Origin: Candidatus Sericytochromatia bacterium
GTDB taxonomy: Bacteria; Cyanobacteriota; Sericytochromatia; S15B-MN24; UBA4093
Assembly: GCA_036676455.1 (NCBI GenBank)
Contig: JAKFCW010000011.1
Coordinates: forward strand, 128,268-192,267
Direction: 5' to 3'
Length of the DNA: 64,000 nucleotides
Shown here piece after piece: positions 22,291-31,350 of this stretch. The notes below the pieces were generated by a model, which saw only the letters and a list, made by a program, of their open reading frames with translations, was not told the DNA's origin and searched no databases. The position numbers were made by a program, and so were the translations under genes. Within the stretch, counting starts at the first letter, position 1. Every line of letters begins with the position of its first letter.

Positions 22291-23610
22291 TCATGGAAGC
22301 AAGTCCTCGAGTTCCAGGCCGAGCGCCTGAGCGAGCTTGAGCTGGTAGGTCGAGACCGCGTACGAGCCTTGGATGAAGGCGCTCTGAGCCTGGCTCAATG
22401 ACGAGAGCGCGCTGATCACCTCGAGGCCCGTCCCCACTCCCGCGTTGAAACGCACCTTGGCGAGCTTGAGGCCTTCAATCGCCGCCTGAAGCCCCTGCTG
22501 GGTCACGGCCACGCGCTCCTTGGCCGTCTCGAGCGCCTGAGACGTCGTCTGGATCTCGAGCGCCGCCGCGCGCCGGGTGGCCGCGAGCGACGCCTCCGCG
22601 CGCTCGATCCCCAGGCGGGCCTGCTCCACCTGGACGCTCGTCCGACCGCTGTCGAAGACGTTCCAGGCCAGCGAGGCCGCGATCGTCTGCTGGGTCCCGC
22701 CGCCGGGCCCCGCCGCCACGTCTCCCACCGCGCTGACGGTGGGCCAGGTCGCGCGAGAGCGCTGGAAAGCCGTTTCTGCCTGCGCCTCGCGCGCGAGAAT
22801 CGCCTGCGCCACTTCCGGGCGCCCGTCCAAGGCCCCGGCAATCTGCTCGGGCGCCATCTCCAGCCGCTTGAGCCGGGTCAACGCATCCACGCTCAATCCC
22901 GACATGCTCCGGCCGAGGTGGCTCTCCAGGACCTGGCGCGCCTGGACCAGCTGGCTGATCGCCTCGACGTATCCCTCCTGGGCGATCGCCACCGACGTCT
23001 CCGCCTGCAGGACTTCAAGGCGCGTGCCCACTTGCCCCGCGTCACGCAGCTCGGCGATCGCCAGCTGCTCCTTGGCCTGCTCGACGTTGATCCGCGCCGC
23101 ATCCCGCATGCTCTCCGCCTGCAGCAAGGCGAAGTACGCCATGGCCGTCTCGTAGGCCAAGCGGCGGCGCGCACCGATGCGCTCCACCTCCGCGAGCCGC
23201 TCGGCGAGCTCGCCCAGGCGCACCGCCGACTCCGTGCGCTGTGCGTCGTAAAGGGGCTGGACCGCGCTGAGCTGGACCTGAAACCCGTAAGGCCCGGTGG
23301 CCAGCACGGGGCGCGGCAGGATGCCCGCGGCGTCCGCGCGGTTCAGGCCGCCCGAGAGCGAAAACGACGGAAGCAGGCCCTTCCGCGCCTCGCGCGTCCC
23401 CGCTCGCGCCTGGTCGATCCCGAGGCGAGCCGCCTCGAGCGACGGATGCGTCCGGGTCGCGAGCTCCACCGCCTCTCGCAAGGTCAGGACCGGTGCCGGT
23501 GCCGCTGCCGTAGCCGGTGACGCCGCCGGCAGCTGGGCCTGGGCGCTCGGGGCCAGCAGAAAGGCGCCCAGAATCAGGGCCCAGGCTTGCGTGATGGGGC
23601 GGCGGCTCAT
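22291..23610 (-). CDS. TolC-family outer membrane efflux protein
   Basis: Signal peptide (LILGAFLLAPSAQA). Two tandem OEP-type coiled repeats rich in A/Q/L/E. The start overlaps the upstream stop by 4 nt. Confidence 0.8.
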   Translation of the reverse strand: MSRRPITQAWALILGAFLLAPSAQAQLPAASPATAAAPAPVLTLREAVELATRTHPSLEAARLGIDQARAGTREARKGLLPSFSLSGGLNRADAAGILPRPVLATGPYGFQVQLSAVQPLYDAQRTESAVRLGELAERLAEVERIGARRRLAYETAMAYFALLQAESMRDAARINVEQAKEQLAIAELRDAGQVGTRLEVLQAETSVAIAQEGYVEAISQLVQARQVLESHLGRSMSGLSVDALTRLKRLEMAPEQIAGALDGRPEVAQAILAREAQAETAFQRSRATWPTVSAVGDVAAGPGGGTQQTIAASLAWNVFDSGRTSVQVEQARLGIERAEASLAATRRAAALEIQTTSQALETAKERVAVTQQGLQAAIEGLKLAKVRFNAGVGTGLEVISALSSLSQAQSAFIQGSYAVSTYQLKLAQALGLELEDLLP

Positions 23611-24602
23611 GGCTGCTGTCGCTCCGGGCGGAAGGTGACGCCCAGCGAGAGCTCATCGCGGGTCAGGGCGAGGTCCCCGCCCCCGCTCTGATGGCGATAG
23701 CGCAGGTCCAGGCGCAGCTTCGGGGCGAACGCGTAGCCGAGGCCCAGGCCCGCTTCCCAGAGGCTGGTGCCTGAAACCGGGTACGGGGCTCGCGTCGCGC
23801 TGAACGAGAGCGCGGGGAAATAGGCGGCAGTGGCCAGGAGGTCGAGGCGATCGCCCAGGACCCAGGTGAATGGGAGTTCGAGGCCTAGCCCACGGCGCTC
23901 ATGCGCGTAGTCATAGGGAGTCCCGCTCAGGGGAAGGTTGGCTGCCGCCACGTGCGTGCTCATGAAGGCGAGGCTGGGGGCGACCTCCCAGGTCGCGCCG
24001 CCCAGCGGGTAACCGACGCGAAGGCGCGTGCTGCTCTCCTCGGGGGCCGCGGCGTCCGTGCTCGGCAGCGACGGCAAGGCCATGCTCGCCTTGAAGCGCT
24101 CGAAGGACGCTCCGAGGAGCCAGGCATCGAGCCGGAGCTGTCCCGAGAGTGCGAGCTGGTTGTCCAGGGTCGCGGAGAGGCGATTCCCCGCGAAGCGCGC
24201 ATCGAAAGCACCTGCCTGGTAGGCCAGCAGCAGCTGGCTATCGAGCGGAGGCGAGGCGGGCGCGGGGGCCAGCGTCGAGAGCAGGGGGCGGTACTGGGGC
24301 AGGTAGGTCTCGACCGGCTTCAGCGAGACCTTGGTGGCAGCGGCAACCGGCAAACGGTCGATCTGGTAGCCCTCGGCCGAGAAGACCAGGACCGGGGAGG
24401 CTCCCGGGGCGAGCACGAGGCTATAGCGGCCGTTCGCGTCCGTGAAGCCGGCGACGATGGCGCCCTCCTGGCGGACGAAGACGTTCGCCAGCGGGCGGCC
24501 TTGCGGGTCGAGGACCTGACCGCTGACGGTCTGCTCGGCATGCGCCGGTCGCGCGAGCGCCGGGACGAGCAGGAGGACGGCGAGGAGATGGCGTGACGTC
24601 AT
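23607..24602 (-). CDS. outer-membrane protein: carboxypeptidase-regulatory-like N-domain plus putative beta-barrel
   Basis: Signal peptide LLLVPALARPAHA. VSGQVLDPQGRPLANVFVRQEG...TDANGRYSL is a CarboxypepD_reg-like motif. The C-terminal part has alternating hydrophobic strands ending in LSLGVTFRP. Confidence 0.5.
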   Translation of the reverse strand: MTSRHLLAVLLLVPALARPAHAEQTVSGQVLDPQGRPLANVFVRQEGAIVAGFTDANGRYSLVLAPGASPVLVFSAEGYQIDRLPVAAATKVSLKPVETYLPQYRPLLSTLAPAPASPPLDSQLLLAYQAGAFDARFAGNRLSATLDNQLALSGQLRLDAWLLGASFERFKASMALPSLPSTDAAAPEESSTRLRVGYPLGGATWEVAPSLAFMSTHVAAANLPLSGTPYDYAHERRGLGLELPFTWVLGDRLDLLATAAYFPALSFSATRAPYPVSGTSLWEAGLGLGYAFAPKLRLDLRYRHQSGGGDLALTRDELSLGVTFRPERQQP

Positions 24603-24620
24603 GGCAAGGGCTCTTTCGGG

Positions 24621-25037
24621 CTAGGGGCGGATCAGGGTGATCTCGGCAAGGCGGACGGTCCGGCCGTCCGCGCTCAGGACTCCGCGCAGCTTGGCGCTCG
24701 CATCGGGCGTGGGGAAGGCCCCCGGGTACGTGAAGTCCATGACCGTTTCTCGGCGCATGCCGCTCGCCTCGACGCCGCCGGCGAGCAGCAGGAGGGACTT
24801 GGCGTCGCGCAACGGCGCCGGCAGGTCGGCAACGGCGAAAGAGAGCTGGGCGGGTGCTCCGAGCGACTGGCTCATGGTCGCGCTGAGGGTCAACCAGCCG
24901 GAGTCGGCCGGGGTCGCCTGCAGGGGAGCGCTCGACTGGCAGCCCGATAGGAGCAGGCCCAGCAGGAGGAGGGCCGGCCCCCCGAGGCTGGGACGAAGTC
25001 GCCTTTGCATCGGCACCGCGTGCCTCCTTTCGATCAT
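24621..25037 (-). CDS. small lipoprotein of the export operon
   Basis: ATG overlaps the stop of the upstream ABC gene (ATGA at 25034-25037). Lipobox LLLLGLLLSGC. No recognisable family. Confidence 0.55.
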   Translation of the reverse strand: MIERRHAVPMQRRLRPSLGGPALLLLGLLLSGCQSSAPLQATPADSGWLTLSATMSQSLGAPAQLSFAVADLPAPLRDAKSLLLLAGGVEASGMRRETVMDFTYPGAFPTPDASAKLRGVLSADGRTVRLAEITLIRP

Positions 25038-27292
25038 GTCGTTTGCCTCGTCATGAGGCGCGCGAAGAGGCCGCCTTCGGCCATGAGCGTCTCGAAATTC
25101 CCTTGCTGGACCACCTGGCCGGCGTCGAGGACGTAGATGCGATCGGCCTGCCGGATGGTGCTGAGGCGATGGGCGATGACCAGGCGGGTCACGTTCATGC
25201 GCTCCAAGCTCTCGCTGACGATGGCCTGCGTGCGGCTATCCAGGGCGCTGGTGGCCTCGTCGAACAGCAGGATCCGCGGCTTGAGCGCGAGCGCCCGGGC
25301 GATGAGCAGGCGCTGGCGCTGGCCACCGGAAAGGTTGTCGCCGCCCTCGCTGACCACCGTGTGCATGCCCATGGGCATGGCCGTGACGTCGTCGGCGAAG
25401 CCCGCGTTCCGGGCCGCCTCCCAGGCCTCGTCCTGGGTGATCAGAGCGCCGTTGGCGATGTTCTCGAAGATCGAGGCCGCCATCAAGCGGCCGTGCTGGA
25501 GGACCACTCCCATCTGCCGGCGCACGGCAGGCAGGTCGAGGCCCCCGAGGTCCTGGCCGTCGAGCGTGATCGTGCCGGACTCGTGCTCCTCGAAACCGAG
25601 CAAGAGCCGAAACAGCGAGGACTTGCCTCCGCCGGACGGCCCGACCAGCGCGACGAACTCGCCCGGGTTGACGGCGAGGCTGACGTCGCGCAGCACGTGC
25701 GGGGCATCGGGCGCGTAGCGGAAGCTGACGTGCGAGAAGGCGATCCGGCCCGTGAGGCGGCCGGGATCGACCTTGCCGGCATCCACCTCGGGCTCGGCCT
25801 CCAGGATGGGCTTGGCCCGTTCCCACAAGGAGACGACCTGCATCAGGGCCGTGATCGAGGCGCCGACGCCCGTCAGGCCCGCGACGAAGGCCCCGAAGGC
25901 CGCATTGAAGGCAAGGAATGCGCCCGGCGTGACCCCCGCGTCCGCCCCGGCGGCGGCCTTGGCCAGGCCGCCGAAGCCGTGGAAGAGCACGAGCATGCTC
26001 ACTATCGGCAGCAGCTCGTCGAAGAGGCTGAGGCGATCCTGGAGCCGCTGGGCATGGAAGCCGAGCCGCGAGAAGTCTGCGTAGCGCCTGGCCCACTGAG
26101 CGAAGGCCCTAGACTCCGCACCGGCGGTCCGGATCTTGGCCACTCCGCCGATCAGACCCACGACCAGGCCCAGGATCTTGCCGTCTTCTTGCATGAGCGC
26201 GCGGGTCGCGCGCAGCACCAGCACGGCCGAGACGGTGGTGAAGCCGACCGAGAGCAGGGCGACTCCGAGGGCCACCAGGGCCATGCGCGAGTTGAAGGCG
26301 AAGAGCTGGATCAGGTTGACCAGGGAGAAGACGCCCGCGAGCAGGGCCTGGATGGTGGAGCCCGACAGCAGCTGGCGGATCTGGTCGATGGCCGACAGGC
26401 GCGAGGCCAGTTCGCCAGCGGGGTAGCGCCGGAAGAAGGTCAGTTTCAGGTTGAGCAAGCGCGCCCAGACCGCGGACTCGGTGGTCGATTCGGCCCGGGA
26501 CTCGGCCCGCAACAGAGCGACGTTCTGGACCCACTGGAAGAGCGCCTGGGTCACGGCCAGCATCACCAAGCCCACACCCACCTGAGAAATGAGGCTGCGC
26601 TGGGCGTCAGGGATGGCGTGGTCGATCAAGAAGGCCGTTGCATGCGGGCTTACTAGGCCCAGGAGAGCCACGGAGGCCGCCATGAGGACGACCACTGGCA
26701 TGTCGTGCCGCGAGGCCTTCATCCCCAGCCGCAGGAGGTCGATGGCCTTGACGGCGGACTCAGGCAGCGGGCGGTAGAACATGGTGGCATGCGCTTGAAG
26801 GCCGCTCGCCAGCTCGGGCGTGACGGGCTGCCACGTGTTCTCGGTCGGATCGAAGCAGTCGTAGGCGCGCGCGCCGCGCGGCACGAGGGCGACGGGGAGG
26901 TTGCCCTCGGCGGTATGGGCGAGCAGGGGGCCGTTGTCACGCCTCCACCAGTCGCCGCGCAACAGGACGCGGCGGGTGCGGAAGCGCGAGGCGCGGGCGA
27001 TCGCCTCGATCGGGTCCTTGAGCCGGTCGAGGCTTTCCCAGGCTGCCGGCGGCTTGACGGCGATCCCCATGGCGGCGCCCACGGCGTGGGCCGCGCGATA
27101 AAGGGGGCTGCCCTCCATGGGGACGCCCTCCGAGCGCGGCTCGATGATCGCCGCGAGCTGGGCGATCGCCTTCTCCATCACGTCTCGGTCGTGACGCTGC
27201 CGGCTCACGAAGCGCGCGTAGGCCTCCTCGCGATCGGACTCGCCACTGGCAGGCACCACCCGCTCGGTATCCATGGGGCGCTCGTCGCTCAT
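25034..27292 (-). CDS. ABC exporter permease/ATPase with Cys-less N-terminal extension (second NHLP-type export ABC)
   Basis: Walker A GPSGGGKSS, signature LSGGQRQRL, Walker B ILLFDEATSALD, six-helix TMD. The roughly 170-aa N-terminal domain lacks the ECG catalytic motif of its neighbour. Confidence 0.85.
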   Translation of the reverse strand: MSDERPMDTERVVPASGESDREEAYARFVSRQRHDRDVMEKAIAQLAAIIEPRSEGVPMEGSPLYRAAHAVGAAMGIAVKPPAAWESLDRLKDPIEAIARASRFRTRRVLLRGDWWRRDNGPLLAHTAEGNLPVALVPRGARAYDCFDPTENTWQPVTPELASGLQAHATMFYRPLPESAVKAIDLLRLGMKASRHDMPVVVLMAASVALLGLVSPHATAFLIDHAIPDAQRSLISQVGVGLVMLAVTQALFQWVQNVALLRAESRAESTTESAVWARLLNLKLTFFRRYPAGELASRLSAIDQIRQLLSGSTIQALLAGVFSLVNLIQLFAFNSRMALVALGVALLSVGFTTVSAVLVLRATRALMQEDGKILGLVVGLIGGVAKIRTAGAESRAFAQWARRYADFSRLGFHAQRLQDRLSLFDELLPIVSMLVLFHGFGGLAKAAAGADAGVTPGAFLAFNAAFGAFVAGLTGVGASITALMQVVSLWERAKPILEAEPEVDAGKVDPGRLTGRIAFSHVSFRYAPDAPHVLRDVSLAVNPGEFVALVGPSGGGKSSLFRLLLGFEEHESGTITLDGQDLGGLDLPAVRRQMGVVLQHGRLMAASIFENIANGALITQDEAWEAARNAGFADDVTAMPMGMHTVVSEGGDNLSGGQRQRLLIARALALKPRILLFDEATSALDSRTQAIVSESLERMNVTRLVIAHRLSTIRQADRIYVLDAGQVVQQGNFETLMAEGGLFARLMTRQTT

Positions 27293-29493
27293 GCGCGACC
27301 CTCCACGGGCTCGCTCTGCTCGCTCTTCACCAGCCGTGCGTAGGCGCCTTGCTTGGCGAGCAACTCGTCATGCGTGCCGCGCTCGGCGATGCGCCCGACT
27401 TCCATCACCACGATCTCGTCGCAATCGCGCACGGTGCTGAGGCGATGCGCGATGATCAGGCAGGTGCAGCCGCGGCGGCGGAGGTTGTCGCCGATGAGGC
27501 GCTCGGTTTCGGCGTCCAGGGCGCTGGTGGCCTCGTCCATCACCAGGATGGCCGGGTCGTTGACCAGGGCGCGGGCGATCTCCAGGCGCTGGCGCTGCCC
27601 CCCCGAAAGGTTGACCCCGCCTTCTAGCAGGGGCGCGTCATAGCCTCCGGGCAACGCGAGGATCACGTCGTGGATCAGCGCGTCCTGACAGGCCTGGCGC
27701 AGCCGCTCGTCGCTCACGGTCGGATCCCAGAGCGTGAGGTTGTCGCGCACGGAGCCCGCGAACAAGGCGATCTCCTGGTCCACCGTGGAGACGGACAGGC
27801 TGAGGACCGCCGGATCCCAGTCCTGGCGCAGGCGTCCGTCGAAGCGAACCTCCCCTTCCCAGGGCTCGTAGAGGCCACTGACCAGCTTGGCAACGGTGGA
27901 CTTGCCCGAGCCCGACCCGCCGACCAGTGCGACCCGGCGACCCGGCTTCACCGAGAGCGAGAAGTCCGCGATGGCGGGCGCCGAAACCCGGCTGTAACCA
28001 AATGACAGCGAGGCGATCGATAGCTCGCCTTCCAGGCGGAAGGCATCAGGACCGGGAAGCGTCCCCTTGCGCTCGGGCACGACGGCCGGATGGTCCAGCA
28101 CGTCATCCAGGCGATTGAGGTCGCTCACCAGGTCCTGGATGGCGCTTCCCAAGGCGACCAGGCTGTTGATCGGGCCGAGGAAGCTGCCGGCCATGCCCTG
28201 GAAGGCCACCAGCATGCCGATGCTGAGGTGGCCCTCGGTGATGCGGAAGCCGCCGACGATGAGGATGGCCGCCGTGGTGAGCGCGGAAAGGAGGGTCGGC
28301 AGCACGCTCAGCACCATGGCCTGGCTGGCGGTTCGCTGGGTCGCCTCGATCACCTTGGCGTCGTAGCCGGCCCAGCGGGTGAAGAAGTCCGCCTCGGAGG
28401 CCGAGGCCTTGAGGGTCTCGATGGACTGGAGACCGGCCATCGAAAGTCCCACCTTCTTGCCGTACTCCTGGGCCAGTCGCTGGTTGGCCTCGACGCGGCG
28501 CGCGCCCATTGCCTGCAAGAGGAGCAGGTTGGCGAGGCCGGAGGCCGCCACCAGCCCCGTCAGCACCGGATCGTAGTGGAACATGAGCGCCCCGTAGAAG
28601 ACGATCATGACCGTGTCGATCAAGCTGCTCGCCAGCCGCCCCGAAAGCAGGCCCGCCACCTCGTCGTTCATGGTGATGCGGTTTGCGACCTCGCCCGCGT
28701 AGCGCTGCGAGTAGAAGGCCATGGGCAGGTGCAGGAGATGGCGCAGGAAGCGGCTGGAATGAACCGCCGCGAGCTTGAGCTTGAGGCGCCGCAGGTAGAC
28801 GATCCGCAGCTGCGAGAGGGCGGCCTTGAAGAGGGCGATCATGACGACGCCAAGCAACAGGGGGCGAAGCCAATCGTGCATCCCCTGGACCAGGATCTGG
28901 TCCACGAAGAGCTGGGTCGCCACCGGCAGGGCCATGCCCGGCACCACCAGCAAGAGGCCGGCGAGCACACAGTAGAGCAGATCCCCGTACGAGCCCTCGA
29001 GGCGGCGGCGCATCGCCTGCAGGACGCTCGGCTTGCGCCCGCCCTTCTCGAAGTCCTCGCGCGGCTCGAACTGCAGCACCACTCCGGTGAAGCCTTCGTC
29101 GAACTCCGAGAGCGTCACCGTGCGGCGGCCGCTCGCCGGGTCGTTGAGAGTGACGCGCCGGTCGTCCATGCCCTCGACGACCACGTAGTGGTTGAAGTTC
29201 CAGAAGACGATGCACGGGAAGGTGACGGCGCGAAACGTCTCCATGGACTTCTTGAAGCCCTTGGCCGTGAGGCCGTACGCGCGAGCCGCCATGAGGATGT
29301 TGCTGGCCTTGCTGCCGTCGCGCGAGACGCCGCAGGCGATCCGCAGCTCGCTGAGGGGCACCTGGCGGCCGTGATAGGCGAGGATCATGGCGAGCGCGGC
29401 CGCGCCACATTCCACGGCCTCCATCTGGATGACGGTCGGGGTTCTCACGCGGCGCGGCCGCATGCGCAGCCGCAAGGACTTAATAGAGACCAC
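27289..29493 (-). CDS. C39 peptidase-domain ABC exporter (double-glycine leader-cleaving transporter)
   Basis: N-terminal VIQMEAVECGAAALAMILAYHGRQVPLSELR carries the C39 catalytic Cys. Walker A GGSGSGKST, LSGGQRQRL, ILVMDEATSALD. The GTG at 29493 follows GAGG; an alternative ATG lies at 29463. Confidence 0.9.
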   Translation of the reverse strand: MVSIKSLRLRMRPRRVRTPTVIQMEAVECGAAALAMILAYHGRQVPLSELRIACGVSRDGSKASNILMAARAYGLTAKGFKKSMETFRAVTFPCIVFWNFNHYVVVEGMDDRRVTLNDPASGRRTVTLSEFDEGFTGVVLQFEPREDFEKGGRKPSVLQAMRRRLEGSYGDLLYCVLAGLLLVVPGMALPVATQLFVDQILVQGMHDWLRPLLLGVVMIALFKAALSQLRIVYLRRLKLKLAAVHSSRFLRHLLHLPMAFYSQRYAGEVANRITMNDEVAGLLSGRLASSLIDTVMIVFYGALMFHYDPVLTGLVAASGLANLLLLQAMGARRVEANQRLAQEYGKKVGLSMAGLQSIETLKASASEADFFTRWAGYDAKVIEATQRTASQAMVLSVLPTLLSALTTAAILIVGGFRITEGHLSIGMLVAFQGMAGSFLGPINSLVALGSAIQDLVSDLNRLDDVLDHPAVVPERKGTLPGPDAFRLEGELSIASLSFGYSRVSAPAIADFSLSVKPGRRVALVGGSGSGKSTVAKLVSGLYEPWEGEVRFDGRLRQDWDPAVLSLSVSTVDQEIALFAGSVRDNLTLWDPTVSDERLRQACQDALIHDVILALPGGYDAPLLEGGVNLSGGQRQRLEIARALVNDPAILVMDEATSALDAETERLIGDNLRRRGCTCLIIAHRLSTVRDCDEIVVMEVGRIAERGTHDELLAKQGAYARLVKSEQSEPVEGRA

Positions 29494-30748
29494 TGCTGGA
29501 CCTCAGGATGGCGAAGGCCAGGACGATGGGTGGCACCTCCTCGACCGTCACGCGGGCCGCCGCCGTGGTGCCGGCGGTCACGTCGAGCGACGGGCCGCGC
29601 GACGAGGACCACTTGAAGCCGCTCGGGTTGGCAGGCTCCCGGTCGAGCTCGGCCAGCACCTCAATCAACGGGCCGGAACTGGCGAAGGCGCGGGCAAGCT
29701 CGGAATTGCCGAGGGTGTTGAGAAGGGCCTGCTCGGTGATGGGAAAGGAGGAGACCGAGACGACCCGCCCGGTGACCCCGCCGAAGCGCTCGCGCTTGAC
29801 CGTGTCGGGGGTCAACTGGAGGCGCATGCCGGGACGAATCTTCTTGCCATCGCTGACCGGGAAGTAGGCCACGCCCATCAGGCTGCCATGACGCTCGCCG
29901 CGCGCCACGCTCGCGATGCGCGTGCCGGGTGCGATCACGTCGCCGACGGCGACCGCCACCTCCAGGATGGTTCCCTCGCGCTGGCTGACGACCCGGCCCT
30001 GCTGCGCGAGCTGCAACTCGAGCAGCGCACCGCTCTCACGCTGCGCGCGCAGCTGGTTGGCACGTTGGGTCTCGGCCTCGAGGCGCTGCTGAAACACCGA
30101 CGTCTTCTTGCTTTCCAGCTCCTTGAGCTGGCCTTCCAGCTCGGCGATTCGGTTGCGGTTCTGAAGGTAGGCCTGCTCAGCGGCAAGCGCGGCGTCCACG
30201 GGCACTGCCCGCAGCTGGTTGAGGCGCCGGTTCTCGGCGAGCCGCCGGTCGAGGACCGGATCCAGGGCCTTGGCCTCGCGGATCAGCTGTAGGACGTTCT
30301 CCTGCTGCTTGTCGATGGCGCGCAGGGTCTGCTCGGAGAAGCTGGCCTGCAACTCGCCAAGGGCCGCCTGCTGGCGCTCCAGCTCGGCCAGGCGCGCGCG
30401 CTGCTGGGAGAGCTGCTCGGCGAGTTCCGGCTGCTCGACGACAGCCAGCACGTCGCCGGCCTTCACCGCGTCGCCCACCCGGACCTTGAGCTCGCGGACG
30501 CGGCCTCCCCCCATGGCTTGCAAGGAAGCGACCTCGTGGGGCCGAGCGAAAACGGCCTTGGCGTTGACCGTCACCGGCAAGCGCCCGACGACGCTCCAGA
30601 GGATCACAAGTAGGATCCCGGTCCCCAGGCAGGCAAGAGCAACCCAGCCCTTGGGGCTGACGACCTGCATCAGGAGATCCAGGCGTTCGGGCGACGAGAG
30701 ACGCTCCAGGGCCTCCTTGCGGAACAGGCGCTGCTGGGGCGAGGACAT
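29480..30748 (-). CDS. HlyD-family secretion adaptor (bacteriocin export accessory protein)
   Basis: ORF 29480..31240 trimmed to the ATG at 30746-30748, which shares a base with the upstream TGA. MSSPQQRLFRKEALERLSSPERLDLLMQVVSPKGW, then a single TM helix, coiled-coil and barrel-sandwich regions. Confidence 0.85.
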   Translation of the reverse strand: MSSPQQRLFRKEALERLSSPERLDLLMQVVSPKGWVALACLGTGILLVILWSVVGRLPVTVNAKAVFARPHEVASLQAMGGGRVRELKVRVGDAVKAGDVLAVVEQPELAEQLSQQRARLAELERQQAALGELQASFSEQTLRAIDKQQENVLQLIREAKALDPVLDRRLAENRRLNQLRAVPVDAALAAEQAYLQNRNRIAELEGQLKELESKKTSVFQQRLEAETQRANQLRAQRESGALLELQLAQQGRVVSQREGTILEVAVAVGDVIAPGTRIASVARGERHGSLMGVAYFPVSDGKKIRPGMRLQLTPDTVKRERFGGVTGRVVSVSSFPITEQALLNTLGNSELARAFASSGPLIEVLAELDREPANPSGFKWSSSRGPSLDVTAGTTAAARVTVEEVPPIVLAFAILRSSSGLY

Positions 30749-31290
30749 CAAGCCCCCTTCATGCGCTTGAGCAGCCAGTCGAAGCGCGCGCCGGCCAGCG
30801 CCGCCTTGTCCAGCACGCTCATGTCGAGCTCGTCCTCGTACTCGGCATCCTGATCCATGGGGCCGCCCTGACCATAGCCGAGCCGGCTTACGGTGCTGCG
30901 AAGGCGATCCGACATGAACACCGCCAGGGCTCGGTAGAAGCGCCCGGCGAAACCCATGTCCTGGGCCAACTTGCGCTCGATCTCGCGCCGGGGCACCGAC
31001 AGCACCAGCCCGGACTCCAGAGCCGTCACCGTGGCGCTCGGAGGACGCTGATCCAACAGCGACATCTCGCCGACGATCTCTCCGCTGCCCAGCTGAGCGA
31101 CTTCCTTGCCTTGCAGGGCGGCGACCGAGACCCCGAAGCGCCCGTCCAGGATCACGTAGACATGGTCGATGGCGCTCGCCTCGCGAATGAGCACGCGGCC
31201 CGCGGAAACGGTTTCGCGCTGGCCGACCTCGACGAGCCAATCCACGTCAGAATCGCTGAGTTCGCCGAGGATGAAGAGAACCTTCTTCAC
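30748..31290 (-). CDS. cyclic nucleotide-binding domain protein (first gene of export operon)
   Basis: VLIREASAIDHVYVILDGRFGV...GSGEIVGEMSLLDQRPPSATVTALE is a CAP/cNMP-binding fold signature. GGAAGGAG lies 5 nt upstream of the GTG at 31290; the ORF-track start at 31296 abuts the RBS. Confidence 0.75.
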   Translation of the reverse strand: MKKVLFILGELSDSDVDWLVEVGQRETVSAGRVLIREASAIDHVYVILDGRFGVSVAALQGKEVAQLGSGEIVGEMSLLDQRPPSATVTALESGLVLSVPRREIERKLAQDMGFAGRFYRALAVFMSDRLRSTVSRLGYGQGGPMDQDAEYEDELDMSVLDKAALAGARFDWLLKRMKGA

Positions 31291-31350
31291 TTGCACTCCT
31301 TCCGAGCATGAAGCAGACGATCAAGCAGACATGATGATGACAGACTCGTC

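Noticed and set aside
25043-29616. Long plus-strand ORFs 25043..26656, 26705..27343 and 28090..29616, plus alternate minus-frame ORFs such as 28103..29410, overlapping the two ABC exporter genes
   Set aside because: The plus-strand ORFs are antisense, and 28103..29410 is an alternate frame on the same strand, relative to genes with complete Walker A/B, signature and C39 motifs. They carry no motifs of their own and are shadow ORFs.
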